A DNA stretch of 64,000 bases from Schmidtea polychroa (Eukaryota): the NCBI GenBank assembly GCA_044892525.1, contig CM097886.1, forward strand, positions 62,062,001-62,126,000. Reading direction: 5' to 3'. The notes below the pieces were generated by a model, which was not told where the DNA came from, did not search any database, and saw only the letters and a list, made by a program, of their open reading frames with translations. Position 1 is the first letter of the stretch. Each line of letters starts with the position of its first letter. Both the position numbers and the translations under genes were made by a program. Shown here one piece after another: positions 60,552 through 64,000 of the stretch.

Positions 60552-61993
60552 CAGTGTTTCACAATCGGCGTGTCAAAAATATTAAAAATTCCAAGGGTTT
60601 TTGATCTTGAATGTTTTTTTACTTCTAGAATTTTTATGACATTTGATATCAATTTTTATGTTTTATATTCGGTAGGTATGCACAATACTCACAATTAGTG
60701 TCAAATTAGTTAGATGCAATTAAAAATAAATTTAGAACAATAATATGAAATGGAAATTTAAATTATTTTTAATTTTGTTAAATATATAAATTTGAAAGAA
60801 ACAACAAAAGGACAAGATATTTTTGATCTAATTAATAAGAGTCTTCTGATTTTTAATTTGCACTGATAAAATTGTGTGAGCATTTCCACTGATGGATGTC
60901 CTTCAATGATTTAGAAGGAATAAAGGATTTGTTTCTTTGGCAAAACAAAAGAACTCGAAAATCTCAGGCGTTTACTGCATGATTCACCGAGAAGCTTTGT
61001 TTTTTGTTTCAAAATCATTGCCCGATAATATCAGTAATGGATCAAATAATTCAGATGGTGAATTTCATCAAAAGTCCACTTTAAACTCGAATTTTGGCTC
61101 AACTATGCGATGCTATGGAATCTGACTTCATATGTCTATTGTTCCATACTGAAGTTCGTTAGTTGTCAAAAGGAAAAGTTTTAAAGCTGCTGGTTCATCT
61201 TAAGATTGAAGTTATATCATTTTTTGAAACCGAAGTAACCGAATTCACAAAATTTCTTTATGACCAGATTTGGTGATTGAAAGTGCAGTTTCTAATAGAT
61301 CTTATTGAAAAATCTTTAACCAACTGAATTTAAGTCTGCAAGAATCAGCCGAGAATATCTTCAAAAAATCAAGTCTTGAGAAAACATTTTTACTTTGTGA
61401 GCAAGAATTTTCTCCGAAAAAAAATTTGAGTTTTTATCTGGTGTCAACAAATCAGGCCTAAAGACTAAAGTTTCCGAAGACATTAAATCCAATTTTCAAC
61501 CAGATTTCAACCAGTGATTCTGCGTTGGTTTTGAATCCTTTCGGAATCTATCAAATGAAGGATTTCCCTATAGAAGAAGAAGAGCAGCTCATTGATTTGA
61601 AAAATGACAGCCTTTAAAAAACTATATTTGACGAGAAAACTTTGGGTGAATTTTGGATATCTATTAACGACTCTTACTTTGAAAGCTTAAAAATTTCTTT
61701 TGTTTTTTGCATGGTGATAGCTGTGTGAGTTTGGATTCTAGGCTAACTGAAATCAAATCTAAGAGAAGAAAGATAAATTCGATTTGACTAGTAATTGCAA
61801 ACTTGTTTGTCGAACTTTGAACCTCGATTTGATTCAATTTGTGCAAAATAACAAGCCAAAATTTTTCACTGAATAAAACTTTTTTTTAAAAATATATTTT
61901 GTTCGTGGTCTTAGTTATAGAATTTTTGGTGTGTCGCAAACATTTTCAGGTTTGGATATTGTGTCACTAGGCAAAAAAAGTTGGGAAACACTG
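60552..61993 (+). mobile_element. Old Buster/Charlie-type hAT element with a degraded transposase
   Basis: TIRs CAGTGTTTC(A/C)CAA; YCMIHREAL motif and further hAT remnants with many stops; TSD not preserved. Confidence 0.8.
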
Positions 61994-63126
61994 CTATAGA
62001 CCAAGCTATTATACCAGGCATCAAAATTTATAAAACACCACTTGTAGAGCTACTACATCCGTAAATAAACGTTTTCTAATGAATATGTAGTATATGTAGT
62101 GTGCTACTCCCTTAAATATAAAATTTCAAAATTTGTAATATTGCTAACTTCATGTGCTACTACTAAGAAACTAGTACAATGTGCTACTTTCGTACAGCTT
62201 TCCGTCTCTCTTCCTTTTACTTCGCTGCGAAATGATTAATTATTGATACAATACTACTATACTAATTAATTTTACGCTTCTCGTATTAATATTAATTAAT
62301 TACCTAAAGAATTTAATGTTTTCTCTATAGTCACGTTGAAAATTATGCTGTAATATTCATAATAACTAAATAAAGCTATTTTCTACAAATATACGCAAAA
62401 TCCATGGACCCCCACATGCTAACAATTTAATTATATGTAAACGCCACTCAGTTTTCCTGCTATCGTCAGGTAGGATAGAATAACTATAGAAATTATAGAT
62501 TTTATGAACAAATTTATTAATTATATTTTTTAAATAAAAAGATTTTTAAAATTATAAAATTTTAATTTGTAACAAATATATAAAAAAATTTTAAAATATA
62601 AGTATTCACGGCATTTTGCACATTAAGATTCACAAATTACACGGTTCAAATAATTATTGAAATTTTTAATAGAATTTTAAAATTAGACATGCTAATTTTT
62701 CTCAAACAAATCTTATTTTGCTGTTCATGAGCTCGAATACAGAGATGACGGGAAGTTTTTCCAATGTATGTGACATTATATTTATTTATTTTTTATTTTT
62801 TGATATGTCGTTTAAAAACAATAAAAGAAAAAAAATCATTAAAGCCATTTGTGGATCATAAAATAATAATAAAATCTTGTACAGGACTGAAATATTTTGT
62901 GAATTCAGGTATAAAATTAAACACTCACCTTTTGGCTAATTTCAGAATAATAAAATATTCTTTATAAAGTATATTTTGCTTTAGAGTAAATATGTCACAA
63001 AAATAAATTTTAAGACAACATGAATCAATTTTAAACCAAAATAAATAACCAGTTTGATATGTAACATTTAATTTACAGGATTTAGGTCTGCTAATAATTA
63101 TTAAATTTAAAAATGAAATAATCTCT

Positions 63127-63428
63127 CAGTGCCAGTCTTGGGTACCTGGCCGTCCCTGTGAAAACTACATTTTTGCCGCTCTCTTATTTCATTAAAATGA
63201 GTTTTAGGAAAATACAAACATATTGATATTTCATGTAAGAGAATACGAACAAATATATTAATTTTGAATGTACTGTTTGTACAAAGTTCAATTTATTAAT
63301 TATATATTTACATACATATATATTAGCCAGGCTAAACTGTTATTAAAAATTAAAATTTTCTAGAATCGGCAGCCTCTGGAAATTGGCTACCCGTGTGTCC
63401 GCCCCCCCCCCCGCCAGAACTGGCACTG
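63127..63428. mobile_element. hAT-like MITE (302 bp)
   Basis: 10-bp perfect TIRs CAGTGCCAGT / ACTGGCACTG with GC-rich subterminal regions; no clear TSD. Confidence 0.55.
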
Positions 63429-64000
63429 AAGCTTCGTGTCATAATCCAAAGCCAGTTGATAATAGTGTTATGCTATGTCTCACAAAAATTTAGTTTAGCG
63501 CGAACTTTTATTAAATTTAAATGTTTATTTGGAATAAATAAACAATAACATTTTATTCTGACATTTCATTTGTTTTTAATCAGATAACAGTTCAAATCTA
63601 TTGCTTTATCCCACACAAATATTATTTATAATCGTAACTAAAATTAATGAAATATCAGAAGAAAACTAAAATATATCAAAGTTAACCAAAAAAGTAAAGG
63701 TTTGTACAGAAAATATCTGCCAATATAATGTCGTACTAGGATTTCTCATATCCGTTAACTAAAAAGCAAGTAATCTTTGACGTTAGTAATTGGTTTTATT
63801 AGAGGTTAAAGTTTTGTTTTGTAAAAGTATTTGAAATTTTATTTTATTAAAAATTGTTTTATTGACAGAAAATATCTTGAAAAGTGCATCTTTTATACAA
63901 ATTTTAATTTTATCAGAAATCTTTCTAGCTAGATCAAGCATGCACATATTCTAAATTTTAAGGTATGTAATATCATATTGTCACCAATCTTTTTAATTGT

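Noticed and set aside
1-64000. CRISPR arrays, rRNA or prokaryotic operons
   Set aside because: None seen; the repeats are TIR, LTR or hairpin types and the context is eukaryotic.

Overview
A very AT-rich (roughly 25-30% GC by eye), gapped draft-assembly window from an animal genome. A short-intron, non-secreted divergent ferritin and a Polinton/Merlin/Helitron/mariner/Gypsy repeat landscape suggest an invertebrate, possibly a flatworm (inference). The main feature is a ~13.4-14 kb endogenous Polinton/Maverick (adintovirus-type) dsDNA virus at ~12.67-26.1 kb. It carries pPolB, a packaging ATPase, an rve integrase, an adenain protease, major and minor capsid genes, a fibre-like ORF, a membrane protein, an adenovirus pX-like core protein and a parvovirus-type PLA2 domain. 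polB, MCP and PLA2/integrase are broken by stops or frameshifts. Closer reading adds four points: (1) PLA2 and integrase reconstruct as one fusion ORF; (2) two tRNA-spaced Pol III A/B-box units sit at the right end; (3) an AGTAGT-ended 26-bp inverted repeat sits at the left end; (4) two short DNA motifs recur across the element. Elsewhere are a very young 5.06-kb Gypsy LTR element (LTRs identical by eye, 5-bp TSD, -1 frameshift signal), a two-exon ferritin-like host gene, a proteasome-alpha pseudogene joined to an actin-like fragment, a Helentron/DINE-like family with flip/flop hairpins, and many MITEs and transposase relics. All calls come from motif recognition by eye; no searches were run.
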